From the human T2T-CHM13v2.0 reference genome, Homo sapiens: 64,000 bases of DNA. Position 1 is the first letter of the stretch. Every line of letters starts with the position of its first letter. Positions 1-15,690 of this stretch are shown one piece after another. The notes under the pieces were generated by a model. That model was given only the letters and a program-made list of their open reading frames with translations. It had not been told where the DNA came from and searched no databases. The stretch lies in the NCBI RefSeq assembly GCF_009914755.1, contig NC_060933.1. One strand, written 5' to 3'. The translations under genes and the position numbers were made by a program.

Positions 1-3000
1 AATGGAATGGAAAGGAATAGAATGGAATCAACCCGAGTGGAATGGAATGGAAAGGACTGGAATGGAGTGGAATGGAATTGAATGGAATTAACCCGAATAG
101 AATGGAATGCAATGGAATGGAACGGAATGTAATGGAATGGAATGGAATGGAATCAACCCGAGTGCAGGGGAATGGAATGGAATGGAATGCAATGGAATGG
201 AATCATTCGGAATGGAATGGAATGGAATGGAATCAACGCGATTTCAATGGAATGGAATGGAATAGAATGGAATGGAATTAACACGAAAAGAATGGAATGG
301 AATGGAATGGAATCAACCCAAGTGCAGGGGAATGGAATGGAATGGAATTCAATGGAATGGAATCATCCGGAATGGAATAGAATGGAATGGAATGGAATGG
401 AATGGAATGGAATGGAATGGAATGGAATCAACCCGAGTGCAATGGAATGGAGAGGAATGGAATGCAATGGAATGGAAACTACCCGAATGGAATATAATGT
501 AATGGAGTGTAAGGGAATTGAATAGAATCAATCCGAATGTAATGAAATGGAATGGAACGGAATGGAATGGAATGGAATGGAATGGAATGGAATGCAATGG
601 AACGGAACTAACCCGAGTGCAATCGAATGGAATCGAATGGAATGGAATGCAATGGAATGGATTCAACTTGAATGGAATGGAAAGAATGGAATCAACACGA
701 GTGGAATGGCATGGATTGGAATGGAATGGAATGGAATCAACCCGAGTACAGGGGAATGGAATGGAATGGAATGCAATGGAATGGAATCTTCCGGAATGGA
801 AAGGAATGGAATGGAATGGAATGGAATCAACTCGATTGCAATCGCATGGAATGGAATGGAATTAACCCGAATAGAATGGAATGGAATGGAATGGAACGGA
901 ACGGAACGGAACGGAATGGAATGGAATGGAATGGAATGGAACGGAATGGAACGGAATGGAATGGAATGGAATGCAATGGAATGGAATCTTCCGGAATGGA
1001 ATGGAATGGAATGGAATGGAATGCAATGGATTCAACTCGATTGCAATGGAATGGAATAGAATGGAATGGAATGGAATGGAATGGAATTAACCCGAATAGA
1101 ATGGAATGGAATGGAACGGAACGGAACGGAACGGAATGGAATGGAAAGGAATGGAATGGAATGGAATGGAATGGAATTGTATGGAATGGAATGGAATGGT
1201 ACGGAATAGAATGGAATGGAAAGAATTGGAATGGAATGGAATGGAATGGAATGGAATGGAATGGAATGGAATCAACCCGAGTGCAGGGGAATGTAATGGA
1301 ACGGAATGCAATTGAATGGAATCATCCGGAATGGAATGGAATGGAATGGAATGGAATGGAGTGGAATGGAATGGAATCAACCTGAGTGCAATGGAATGGA
1401 GTGGAATGGAATGGAATGGAATGGAACAACCCGAATAGAATGGAATGTAATGGAGAGTAAGGGAGTTGAATAGAATCAATCCGAATGCAATGGAATGGAA
1501 TGGAACGGAATGGAATGGAATGGAATTGAATGGAATGCAATGGAATGGAATCAACGCGAGTACAATGGAATGGAATGGAATGGAATGGAATGGAATGGAA
1601 TGGAATGGAATCAACCTGACTGCAATGGAATGGAGAGGAATGGAATGGAATGGAATGGAATGGAATTAACCCGAATACAATGGAATGCAATGGAATGGTA
1701 CGGAATGGAGTGGAATGGAATGGAATCAACCCCAGTGCAGGGGAATGGAATGGAATGGAATGGAATGGAATGGAATCATCCGGAATGGAATGGAATGGAA
1801 TGGAATGCAAAGCAATGGAATCAACTCGATTGCAATGGAATGGAATGGAATGGAAAGGAATAGAATGGAATCAACCCGAGTGGAAAGGAATGGATAGGAC
1901 TGGAATGGAGTGGAATGGAATGGAATGGAATGGAATGGAATCAACCCGAGTGCAATGGAATGGAGAGGAATGGAATGGAATGGAATGGAAACTACCCGAA
2001 TCGAATGGAATGTAATGGAGTGTAAGGGAATTGAATAGAATCAATCCGAATGTAATGGAATGGAATGGAAAGGAATGGAATGGAATGGAATGGAATGGAA
2101 TGGAATGGAATGGAATGCAATGGAATGGAATCAACCCGAGAGCAATCGAATGGAATCGAATGGATTGGAATGCAATGGAATGGATTCAACTTGAATGGAA
2201 TGGAAAGAATGCAATCAACACGAGTGGAATGGCATGGATTGGAATGGAATGGAATGGAATCAACCCGAGTACAGGGGAATGGAATGGAATGGAATGCAAT
2301 GGAATTTAATCATCCGTAATGTAATGGAAAGTATGGAATGGAATGGAATGGAATGGAATGGAATGAACCCGTGTGCAATGGAAAGGAATGGAATGGAATG
2401 GAATGGATTCAACTCGAATGGAATCAACTCGATTGCAATGGAATGGAATGGAATGGAAAGGAATAGATTGGAATCAACCCGAGTGGAATGAAATGGAGAG
2501 GACTGGAATGGAGTGGAATGGAATGGAATGGAATTAACCCGAATAGAATGGAATGGAATGGAATGGAACGGAATGTAATGGAATGGAATGGAGTGTAATC
2601 AACCCGAGTGTAGGGGAATGGAATGGAATGGAATGCAATGGAATGGAATCATCCGGAATGGAATGGAATGGAACGGAATGGAATGGAATTAAATGGAAAC
2701 ATCCCGAATGGAATGGAATGGAATGGAGTGTAAGGGAAATGAATAGAATCAATCCGAATGTAATGGAATGGAATGGAATGAAATGGAATGGAATGGAATG
2801 GAATGGGATGGAATGGAATGGAATGGAATCAACCCGAGTGCAATGGAATGGATTCGAATGGAATGGAATGGAATGGAATGGATTCAACAAGAATGGAATG
2901 GAAAGGAATGGAATCAACCCGAGTGTAATGGCATGGAATGGAATGGAATGGAATGGGATGGAATGGAATGGTACGGAATAGAATGGAAAGGAATGGAATG

Positions 3001-3319
3001 GAATGGAATGGAAAGGAATGGAATGGAATGGAATGGAATGGAATGGAATGGAATGGAATGAACCCCTGTGCAATGGAAATGAATGGAATGGAATGGAATG
3101 TATTCAACTCGAATGGAATCAACTCGATTGCAATGGAAAGGGAATGGAATGGAAAGGAATAGAATGGAATCAACCCGAGTGGAATGGAATGGAAAGGACT
3201 GGAATGGAGTGGAATGGAATGGAATGGAATGGAATCAAATCGATTGGAATGGAATGGAATGGAATGGAATGGAATGGAATGGAATCAACTCGATTGCAAT
3301 GGAATTGAATGGAATGGAA

Positions 3320-4770
3320 TGGAATGGAAGTAACCCGAATAGAATGGAATGGAATGGAATGGAACGGAATGTAATGGAATGGAATGGAATGGAATCAACC
3401 CGAGTGCAGGGGAAAGGAATGGAATGGAATGCAATGGAATGGAATTATCCGGAATGGAATGGAATGGAATGGAATGGAATGGAATCAACTCGATTTCAAT
3501 GGAATGGAATGGAATAGAATGGAATGGAATTAACACGAATAGAATGGAATGGAATGGAATGGAATGGAACGGAAAGGAATGGAATGGAATGGAATGGAAT
3601 CAACCCAAGTGCAGGGGAATGGAATGGAATGGAATTCAATGGAATGGAATCATCCGGAATGGAATGGAATGGAATGCAATGGAATGGAATGGAATGGAAT
3701 GGAATGGAATGGAATGGAATGGAATGGAATCAACCCGAGTGCAATGGAATGGAGAGGAATGGAATGGAATGGAATGGAAAATACCCCATTGGAATGGAAA
3801 GCAATGGAGTGTACGGGAATTGAATAGAATCAATCCGAATGTAATGGAATGGAATGGAAAGGAATGGAATGGAATGGAATGGAATGGAAAGGAATCAACT
3901 CGATTGCAATCGCATGGAATGGAATGGAATTAACCCGAATAGAATGGAATGGAATGGAATGGAACGGAACGGAACGGAATGGAATGGAATGGAATGGAAT
4001 GGAATCAACGCGAGTGCAGGGGAATGGAATGGAATGGAATGCAATGGAATGCAATCTTCTGGAATGGAATGGAATGGAATGGAATGGAATGCAATGGATT
4101 CAACACGATTGCAATGGAATGGAATAGAATGGAATGGAATGGAATGGAATGGAATTAACCCGAATAGAATGGAATGGAATTGAATGGAACTGAACGGAAC
4201 GGAACGGAACGGAACAGAATGCAATGGAATGCAATGGAATGGAAGTAACCCGAATAGAATGGAATGGAATGGAATGGAACGGAATGTAATGGAATGGAAT
4301 GGAATGGAATCAACCCGAGTGCAGGGGAAAGGAATGGAATGGAATGCAATGGAATGGAATCATCTGGAATGGAATGGAATGCAATGGAATGGAATGGAAT
4401 GGAATGGAATGGAATGGAATCAACTCGATTTCAATGGAATGGAATGGAATAGAATGGAATGGAATTAACACGAATAGAATGGAATGGAATGGAATGGAAT
4501 GGAACGGAAAGGAATGGAATGGAATGGAATGGAATCAACCCAAGTGCAGGGGACTGGAATGGAATGGAGTTCAATGGAATGGAATCATCCGGAATGGAAT
4601 GGAATGGAAGGCAATGGAATGGAATGGAATGGAATCAACCCGAGTGCAATGGAATGGAGAGGAATGGAATGGAATGGAATGGAAACTACCCGAATGGAAT
4701 GGAATGTAATGGAGTGTAAGGGAATTGAATAGAATCAATCCGAATGTAATGGAATGGAATGGAAAGAATG
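3320..4770 (+). repeat. Local duplication, ~3320-3860 repeated at ~4235-4770
   Basis: GGAAGTAACCCGAAT at 3326/4241 and CAGGGGAAAGG at ~3407/4322 (offset 915), followed by collinear CGATTTCAAT, TAACACGA and CAACCCAAGT. Confidence 0.8.
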
Positions 4771-6849
4771 GAATGGAACGTAATGGAATGGAAAGGAATG
4801 GAATGGAATGCAATGGAATGGAATCAACCCGAGTGCAATCGAATGGAATCGAATGGAATGGAATGCAATGGAATGGATTCAACTTGAATGGAATGGAAAG
4901 AATGGAATCAACACGAGTGGAATGGCATGGATTGGAATGGAATGGAATGGAATCAATCCGAGTACAGCGGAATGGAATGGAATGGAATGCAATGGAATGG
5001 AATCATCCGTAATGGAATGGAAAGGAATGGAATGGAATGGAATGGAATGGAATGCAATGGAATGGAATGGAATCAACTCGATTGCAATGGAATGGAATGG
5101 AATGGAATGGAATGGAATGGAATGGAACCGAATGGAATAGAATGGAATGGAATGGAATCAACCCGAGTGCAGGGGAATGGAATGGAATGTAATGCAATGG
5201 AATGGAATCAACAGGAATTGAATGGAATGGAATGGAATGGAATGGAATAGAACGCAATGGAATGGAATGGAATCAACCCGAGTGCAATGGAATGGAGTGG
5301 AATGGAATGGAATGGAATGGAAACTACCGAAATGGAATGGAATGTAATGGAGTGAAGGGAATTGAATAGAATCAATCCTAATGTAATGGAATGGAATGGG
5401 ACGGAATGGAATGGAATGGAACATAATGAAATGGAATGCAATGGAATGGAATGGAATCAACCCGAGTGCAATGGAATGGAATGGAATGGAATGGAATGGA
5501 ATTGAATGGAACGGAATGGAATGGATTCAACCCGAATGGAATGGAAAGGAACGGAATCAACCCGAGTGGAATGGCATGGAATGGAATGCAATGGAATGGA
5601 ACGGAATGGAATCAACTCGAGTGGAATGGAATGGAATGGAATGGAAAGGAATGGAAAGAAATCAACTCGAGTGGAATGGAATGGAATGGAATGGATTGGA
5701 ATGGATTGCAATGGAATGAAATGGAATGGAATGGAATGGAATCAATCATTCCGAGTGGAATGGAAGGGAATGTAATGTAGTGGAAGGAAGGGAATGGAAT
5801 CAACCCGAGTGGAATGCAAGGTAATGGAATGGAATGGAAAGGAATGGAATGGAATCAACTCGACTGCATTAGAATGGAATGGATTGGAATGGAATGGAAT
5901 GGAATGGAATGGAATTAACCCGAATAGAATGGAACGGAATGGAATGGAACGGAATGGAATGGAATGGAAAGGAATGGAATCAACCCGAGTGCAGGGGAAT
6001 GGAATGGAATGGAATGCAATGGAATGGAATCATCCGGAATGGAATGGAATGGAATGGAATCAACTCCATTGCAATGGAATGGAATGGAAAGGAATGGAAT
6101 AGAATGGAATGGAATTAATCCGAATAGAATTTAATGGAATAGAATGGAATGGAACGGAACCGAATGGAGTGGAATGGAATGGAATGGAATTAACCCGAGT
6201 GAAGGGGAATGGAATGGAATGGAATGCAATGGAATGGAATCATCCGGAATGGAATGGAATGGAATGGAATGAAATCAAACCGAGTGCAATGGAATGGAGT
6301 GAAATGGAATGGAATGGAATGGAAACAACCAGAATGGATTGGAATATAATGGAGTGTAAGGGAATTGAATAGAATCAATCTGAATTTAATGAAATGGAAT
6401 GGAACGGAATGGAATGGAATGGAATGGAATCGAATGGAATGGAATAGAATGGAATCAACCCGAGTGCAATGGAATGGATTCGAATGGAATGGAATGGAGT
6501 GGAATGGATTCAACCCGAATGGAATGGAAAGGAATGGAATCAACCCGAGTGAAATGGCATGGAATGGAATGGAATGGAATGGAATGGAATGGAATGGAAT
6601 GGAATGGTTCGGAACAGAATGGATTGGAACAAAATGGAATGGTATGGAATGGAATGGAATCAACTCGATTGCAATGGAATGGAATGCAATGGAATAGAAC
6701 GGATAGGAATGGAATGGAATGGAATGTAATTAAATGGAATGGAATGGATTGGAATAAACCCGAGTGCAGTGGAATGGAATGGAATGGAATGCAAAGGAAT
6801 GGAATCAACCGGTATGGAATGGAATGGAATGGAATGGAATGGAATGGAA

Positions 6850-7345
6850 TGGAATCAACACGAGTGCAGTGGTATGGAAAGGAATGGAATGGAATGGAAT
6901 GGAATGGAATGGAATGGAATGGAATGGATTCAACCCGAATGGAATGGAAAGAAATGGAATCAAACCGAGTGGAATGGCATGGAATGGAATGGAATGGAAT
7001 GGTATGGAATAGAATGGAATGGAACGAAATGGAATGGAATGGAAGGGAATGGAATGGAATGGAATGGAATGGAATGGAATTAAATGGAATGGAATGGAAC
7101 GGAATGGAATGGAATGAAATGGAATGGAATGGAATCGAATGGAATGGAATGGAATGGAATCAACCCGAGTGCAATAGTATGGAAAGGAATGGAATGGAAT
7201 GGAAGGGAATGGAATGGAATGGATTCAACCCGAATGGAATGGAAAGGAATGGAATCAAACCGAGTGGAATGGCATGGAATGGAATGGAATGGAATGGTAT
7301 GGAATGGAATGGAAAGGAATGGTATGGAATAGAATGGAATGGAAC
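6850..7345 (+). repeat. ~300 bp tandem duplication
   Basis: GTATGGAAAGG...GGATTCAACCCG...CAAACCGAGTGGAATGGCAT...GGTATGGAATAG occurs twice; CAAACCGAGT at 6961 and 7256. Confidence 0.7.
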
Positions 7346-10300
7346 GAAATGGAATAGGATGGAATGGAATGGAATGGAATGGAATGGAATGGAATGAAAT
7401 GGAATGGAATGGAACGGAATGAACCCGTGTGCAATGTAATGGAATGGAATGGAATGGAATTGAATGGAATGGAATGGAATGGATTCAACTCGAATGGAAT
7501 GAAAAGGAATGGAATCAACCCGAGCAGAATGGCATGGCATGGAATGGAATGGAACGGAATGGAGTGGAATGGAATGGAATGGTACGGAATAGAATGGAAT
7601 GGAACGATATGGAATGGAATGGAATAGAATGGAATGGAATGGAAAGGAATGGAATCATTCCGACTGGAATAGAAGGGAATGTATTCGAGTGCAATGGAAA
7701 GGAATGGAATCAACCAGAGTGGAATGTAAGGGAAAGGAATGGAATGGAATGGAATGGAATGGAATGGAATGGAATGGTATGGAATGGAATCAACTCGATT
7801 GCAATCGAATGGAATGGAATGGAATGGAATTCAATGGGATGGAATGGAATGGAATGGAATCAAACCGAATGCAATGGAATGGAGTGGAATGGAACAACCC
7901 GAATGGAATGGAATGTAATGGAGAGTAAGGGAGTTGAATAGAATCAATCCGAATGTAATGGAATGGAACGGAATGGAATGGAAAGGAATGGAATGGAATG
8001 CAACGGAATGGAATCAACCCGACTACAATGGAAAAGAATGGAATGGAATGGAATGGAATGGAATGGAATGGAATCAACCCGAGTGCAATGGAATGGAGAG
8101 GAATGGAATGGAATGGAATGGAATCAACCAGAATGGATTGGAATATAATGGAGTGTAAGGGAATTGAATAGAATCAATCTGAATGTAATGAAATGGAATG
8201 GAAAGGAATGGAATGGAATGGAATGGAATGGAATGCAATGGAATGGAATCAACCCGAGTGCAATCGAATGGAATCGAATGGAATGGAATGCAATGGAATG
8301 GATTCAACTTGAATGGAATGGAAAGAATGGAATCAGCACGAGTGGAATGGCATGGAATGGAATGGAATGGAATGGAATGGAATGGAATCAACCCGAGTGC
8401 AGGGGAATGGAATGTAATGGAATGCAATGGAATGGAATAATCCGGTATGGAATGGAATGGAATGGAATGCAATGGAATGGAATGGAATGGAATGGAATGG
8501 AATGGAATGGTACCGAATAGAATGGAATGGAACGAAATGGAAAAGAATGGAATGGAATGGTATGGAAACAACCCGAATGGAATGGAATGAAATGGAGTGT
8601 AAGGGAATTGAATACAATCAATCCGAATGTAATGGAATGGAATGGAACGGAATGGAATGGAATGGAATGGAATGGAATGGAATGCAATGGAATGGAATCA
8701 ACCCGAGGGCAACCGAATGGAATCGAATGGAATGGAATGAAATGGAATGGATTCAACTTGAATGGAATGGAAAGAATGGAATCAACACGAGTGGAATGGC
8801 ATGGAATGGAATGAAATGGAATGGAATGGAATAAACCCGAGTACAGGGGAATTTAATGGAATGGAATGTAATGCAATGGAATCATCCGTAATGTAATGGA
8901 AAGGAATGGAATGGAATGGAATGGAATGGAAGGGTATGGAATGGAATCAACTCGACTGCAATCGAATGGAATGGAATGGAATTAACCCGAATAGAATGGA
9001 ATGGAATGGAATGCAACACAACGGAACGGAATGGAATGGAATGGAATGGAATGGAATGGAATGGAATGGAACGGAACGGAATGGAATGGAATGGAACGGA
9101 ACGGAATTGAAAGGATTAAACGCGAGTGCAGGGGAATGGAATGGAATGGAATGCAATGGAATGGAATCTTCAGGAATATAATGGAATTGAATGGAATGGA
9201 ATGGAATGGAATGCAATAGATTCAACTCGAATGCAATGGAATGGAATAGAATGGAATGGAATGGAATGGAATGGAATTAACCCGAATAGAATGGATTGGA
9301 ATGGAATTGAACGGAACGGAACGGAACGGAACGGAACGGAACGGAATGGAATGGAATGGAATGGAATTCTATGGAATGGAATGGAATGGTACGGAATAGA
9401 ATGGAATGGAAAGAATTGGAATGGAATGGAATCGAATGGAATGGAATGGAATGGAATGGAATCAACCCGAGTGCAGGGGAATGTAATGGAACGGAATGCA
9501 ATGGAATGGAGTCATCCGGAATGGAATGGAATGGAATGGAATGGAATGGAATCAACACGAGTGCAATGGAATGGAGTGGAATGGAATGGAATGGAATGGA
9601 ACAACCCGAATGGAATGGAATGTAATGGAGAGTAAGGGAGTTGAATAGAATCAATACGAATGTAATGGAATGGAACGGAATGGAATGGAATGGAATGGAA
9701 TGGAATGGAATGGAATGGAATGCAATGGAATGGAATCAACCCGAGTACAATGGAATGGAATGGAATGGAATGGAATGGAATGGAATGGAATGGAATCAAC
9801 CCGAGTGCAATGGAATGGAGAGATATGGAATGGAATGGAATGGAAACTACACGAATGGAATGGAATGTAATGGAGTGTAAGGGAATTCAATAGAATCAAT
9901 CCGAATGGAATGGAATGGAATGGAACGGAATGTAATGGAATGGAATGGAATGGAAACACCCCGAGTGCAGGGTAATGGAATGGAATGGAATGGAATGGAA
10001 CGGAATGGAATGGAATGGAATGGAAAGGAATGGAATGCAATGGAATGGAATCAACCCGAGTGCAATTGAATGGAATCGAATGGAATGGAATGCAATGGAA
10101 TGGATTCAACTTGAATGGAATGGAAAGAATGGAATCAACACGAGTGGAATGGCATGGAATGGAATGGAATGGAATGGAATCAACCCGAGTACAGGGGAAT
10201 GGAATGGAATGGAATGCAATGGAATGGAATCATCCGTAATGGAATGGAAAGGAATGGAATGGAATGGAATGGAATGGAATGGAATGGAATGGAATCGCCT

Positions 10301-13300
10301 GGAATCAACTCGATTGCAATCGAATGGAATGGAATGGAATTAACCCGAATAGAATGGAATGGAATGGAATGGAATGGAACGGAATGGAATGGAATGGAAT
10401 GGAACGGAATGGAACGGAACGGAATGGAATAGAATGGAATGGAATGGAATCAACGCCAGTGAAGGGGAATGGAAAGGAAGGGAATGCAATGGAATGGAAT
10501 CTTGAGGAATGGAATGGAATGGAATGGAATGCAATGGATTCAACTCGATTGCAATGGAATGGAATGGAATGGAATGGAATGGAATGGAATGAATTGAATG
10601 GAAATAACCCGAGTAGAATGGAATGGAATGGAACGGAATGGAACGGAACGGAATGGAATGGAATGGAATCGTTCCGAGTGGAATAGGAGGGAATGTATTC
10701 GAGTGGAATGGAAAGGAATGGAATCAACCAGAGTGGAATGGAAGGGAATGGAATGGAATGGAAAATAATAGAATGGAATCAACCCGAGTGGAATGCAATG
10801 GAAAGGAATGGAATGGAATGGAATGGAATGGAATGGAATGGAATGGAATGGAATCAACTCGATTGTAATGGAATGGAATGGAATGGAAAGGAATGGAATG
10901 GAATGGAAAGGAATCATCCGGAATGGAATGGAATGGAATGGAATGCAAAGCAATGGAATCAACTCGATTGCAATGGAATGGAATGGAATGGAAAGGAATA
11001 GAATGGAATCACCCCGAGTGGAATGGAATGGAAAGGACTGGAATGGAGTGGAATGGAATGGAACGGAATGGAATGGAATCAACTCTATTGGAATGGAGAG
11101 GAATGGAATTTGAATGGAATGGAATGGAATGGAATGGAATTAACCCGAATAGAATGGAATGGAATGGAATGGAAAGGAATGGAATGGAATGGAATGGAAT
11201 GGAATGGAATGGAATGGAATGGAATCAACCCGACTGCACGGGAATGGAATGGAATGGAATGCAATGGAGTGGAATCATCCGGAATGGAATGGAATGGAAT
11301 GGAATAAAATCAACTCGATTGCAATGGAATGGAATGGAATGGAATGGAATGGAATGGAATGGAATGGAATGGAATCAACCCGAGTGCAATGGAATGGAAT
11401 CGAATGGAATGGAATGGAATGGAATGGATTCAACAAGAATGGAATGGAAAGGAATGGAATCAACCCGAGTGTAATGGCATGGAATGGAATGGAATGGAAT
11501 GGGATGGAATGGAATGGAACGGAATAGAATGGAATTGAATGAAATGGAATGGAATGGAATGGAATGGAATGAACCCGTGTGCAATGGAATGGAATGGAAT
11601 GGAATGGAATGGATTCAACTCAAATGGAATCATCTCGATTGCAATGGAATGGAATGGAATGGAAGGGAATAGAATGGAATCAACCCGAGTGGAATGGAAA
11701 GGAATGGACTGGAATGGACTGGAATGGAATGGAATGGAATGGAATGAAATCGATTGGAATGGAATGGAATGGAATGGAATGGAATGGAATCAACTCGATT
11801 GCAATGGAATGGAATGGAATGGAATGGAATGGAATGGAATGGAATGGAATGGAATGGAATAGAATTAACACGAAAAGAATGGAATGGAATGGAATGGAAC
11901 GGAATGTAATGGAATGAAATGGAATGGAATCAACCCGAGTGCAGGGGAATGGAATGGAATGGAATGCAATGGAATGGAATCATCCGGAATGGAATGGAAT
12001 GGAATGGAATGGAATGGAATGGAATGGAATGGAATCAACTCGATTGCAATGGAATGAATGGAATGGAATGGAAAGGAATGGAAGGGAATGGAATGGAATG
12101 TAATCAACCCGAGTGCAGGGGAATGGAATGGAATGGAATGCAATGGAATGGAATCATCCGGAATGGAATGGAATGGAATGCAATCATCCCGATGCAATGG
12201 AATGGAGTGGAATGGAATGAAATGGAATGGAAACATCCCGAATGGAATGGAAAGTAATGGAGTGTAAGGGAATTGAATAGAACCAATCCGAATGTAATGG
12301 AATGGAATGGAATGAAATGGAATGGAATGGAATGGAATCAACCCGAGTGCAATGGAATGGATTCTAATGGAATGGAATGGAATGGAATGGATTCAACAAG
12401 AATGGAATGGAAAGGAATAGAGTCAACCCGAGTGTAAAGGCATGGAATGGAATGGAATGGAATGGAATGGGATGGAATGGAATGGTACGGAATAGAATGG
12501 AATGGAATGAAACGGAATGGAATGGAACGGAATGGAATGGAATGGAATGGAATGGAATGGAATGAACCCGTGTGCAATGTAATGTAATGGAATGGAATGG
12601 AATGGATTCAACTCGAATGGAATCAACTCGATTGCAATGGAATGGAATGGAATGAAAAGGAATAGAATGGAATCAACCCGAATGGAATGGAATGGAAAGG
12701 ACTGCAATGGAGTGAAATGGAATGGAATGGAATTAACCCGAATAGAATGGAATAGAATGGAATGAAAGGGAATGTAATGGAATGGAATGGAATGGATTAA
12801 ATCCGAGTGCAGGGGAATGGAATGGAATGGAATGCAATGGAATGGAATCATCCGGAATGGAATGGAATAGAATGGAATGGAATGGAATGGAATCAACTCG
12901 ATTTCAATGGAATGGAACGGAAAGGAATGGAATGGAATGGAATGGAATCAACCCAAGTGCAGGGGAATGGAATGGAATGGAATTCGATGGAATGGAATCA
13001 TCCGGAATGGAATGGAATGGAATGGAATGGAATGGAATGGAATGGAATGGAATGGAATCAACCCGAGTGCCATGGAATGGGGAGGAATGGAATGGAATGG
13101 ACTGGAAACTACCCGAACGGAATGGAATGTAATGGAGTGTAAGGGAATTGAATAGAATCAATCCGAATGTAATGGAATGGAATGGAATGGAATCAAACCG
13201 AGTACAGGGGAATGGAATGGAATGGAATGCAATGGAATGGAATCATCCGGAATGGAATGGAATGGAATGGAATGGAATGGAATCAACTTGATTTGAATGG

Positions 13301-15690
13301 AATGGAATGGAATGGAATGGAATGGAATGGAATGGAATCAACTCGATTTCAATGGAATGGAATGGGATAGAATGGAATGGAATTAACCCGAATAGAATGG
13401 AATGGAATGGAATGGAACGGAATGGAATGGAATGGAATGGAATGGAATCAAACCGAGTGCAGGGGAATGGAATGCAATGCAATGCAATGGAATGGAATCA
13501 TCCGGAATGGAATGGAATGGAATGGAATGGAATGCAATGGAATGGAATCAATCAAACCGAGTGCAATGGAATGGAGTGGAATGGAATGGAATGGATTGGA
13601 AACTACCCGAATGGAATGGAATGGAGTGTAAGGGAATTGAAAAGAATCAATCCGAATGTAATGGAATGGAATGGAACGGAGTGCAAACGAATGGAATGAA
13701 ATGGAATGGAATGGAATGGAATGGAATGGACACGTGTGCAATGGAATAGAATCGAATGAAATGGAATGGAATGGAATGGAATGGAATGGAATGGAATGGA
13801 ATCAATTCGAATGGAATGGAAAGGAATGGAATCAACCCGAGCGGAATGGCATGGCATGGAATGGAATGGAATGGAGTGGAATGGAATGGAATGGAATGGA
13901 ATGGTATGGAATAGAATGGAATGGTACGATATGGAATGGAATGGAATGGAATGGAATGGAATGGAATGGAATCAACCCGAGAGCAGGGGAAAGGAATGGA
14001 ATGGAATGCAATGGAATGGAGTCAACCCGAGTGGAAAGGAATGGAAAGACTGGAATGGAATTGAATTGAATGGAATGGAGTGGAAAGGAATCAACTCGAT
14101 CGCAATGGAATGCAATGGAATTAACCCGAATAGAATGGAATGGAACGGAATGGAACGGAATGGAATGGAATGGAAAGGAATGGAATCAACCCGAGTGCAG
14201 GTTAATGGAATGGAATGGAATGCAATGGAATGGAATCATCCGGAATGGAATGGAATGGAATCGAATGGAATGGAATGGAATGGAATCAACCCGAGTGCAA
14301 TGGAATGGAGTGAAATGGAATGGAATGGAATGGAAACAACCAGAATGGATTGGAATTTAATGGAGTGTAAGGGAATTGAATAGAGTCAATCCTAATGTAA
14401 TGGAATGGAATGGAACGGAATGGAATGGAATGGAACGGAATGAAATGGAATGCAATGGAATGGAATAGAATCAACCAGAGTGCAATGGAATGGAATGGAA
14501 CGGAATGGAATGGAATGGAATTGAAAGAATTCAACCCGAATGGAATGGAAAGGAATGGAATCAACCCGATTGGAATGCCATGGAATGGAATGGAATGGAA
14601 TGGAATGGAATGGAGTGGAATGGAATGGAATGGAATGGAATGGAATGGAATGGTAAGGAATAGAATTGAATGGAACGAAATAGAATGGAGTGGAATGGAA
14701 TGGAATGGAATCGAATGGAATGGAATGGAATCATTCCGAGTGGAATAGAAGGGAATGTATTTGAGTGGAATGGAAAGGAATGGAAACAACCAGAGTGGAA
14801 TGGAAGGGAATGGAATGTAATGAAAAGGAATAGAATGGAATCAACCCGAGTGGAATGGAATGGAAAGGAATGGAATGGAATGGAATGGAAAGGAATGGAA
14901 TGGAATCAACTCGAGTGGAATGGAATGGAATGGAATGGATTGGAATGGATTGCAATGGAATGAAATGGAATGGAATGGAATGGAATCAATCATTCTGAGT
15001 GGAATTGAAGGGAATGTAATGGAGTGGAAGAAAGGAATGGAATCAACCCGAGTGGAATGCAAGGGAATGGAAGGGAATGGAAAGGAATAGAATGGAATCA
15101 ACCCAAGTGGAATGGAATGCAAAGGAATGGAATGGAATGGAATCAATCAACTCGTGTGCAATGGAATAGAGTGGAATGCAATCGAATGGAATGGAAACTA
15201 CCCGAATGGAATGGAATGAAGGAATGGAATGGAATGGAATGGAATGGAATGGAATGAACCCGTGTGCAATGGAATGGAATGGAATGGATTCAACTCGAAT
15301 GGAATCAACTCGATTGCAATGGAATGGAATGGAATGGAAGGGAATAGAATGGAATCAACCCGAGTGGAATGGAATGGAAAGGACTGGAATGAAGTGGAAT
15401 GGAATGGAATGGAATTAACCCGAATAGAATGGAATGGAACGGAATGGAACGGAATGGAATGGAATGGAAGGGAATGGAATCATCTCGATTGCAATCGAAT
15501 GGAATGGAATGGAATTAACACGAATAGAATGGAATGGAATGGAATGGAACGGAACGGAACGGAATGGAATGGAATGGAATAGAATGGAATGGAATGGAAC
15601 GGAAAGGAAGGGAATGGAATGGAATAGAATGGAATGGAATGGAATCAACGCGAGTGCAGGGGAATGGAATGGAATGGAATGCAATGGAAT

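Larger units (their letters stand above)
1..15400 (+). repeat. Sub-domain A: more diverged HSat3 with its own spacer vocabulary
   Basis: Motifs seen essentially only here: GAACCCGTGTGCA (~2365, 7421, 11571, 12564, 15256), GATTCAACAAGAAT (~2881, 11427, 12390), CAACTCGATTTCAAT (~3486, 4421, 12894, 13339) and CAACCCAAGTGCAGGGG (~314, 3601, 4536, 12949). Many private substitutions. The boundary is approximate. Confidence 0.7.

Noticed and set aside
660-672. Other TTC-containing spacers (GGATTCAAC, CGTTCCG, GTATTCG, GAATTC) as heat-shock elements
   Set aside because: TTC is out of register with the flanking GAA units, so they do not fit nGAAnnTTCn.
15659-15662. G-quadruplex from the CAGGGG motifs
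   Set aside because: The G3+ tracts are isolated, usually tens to hundreds of bases apart, so four close tracts are not available.
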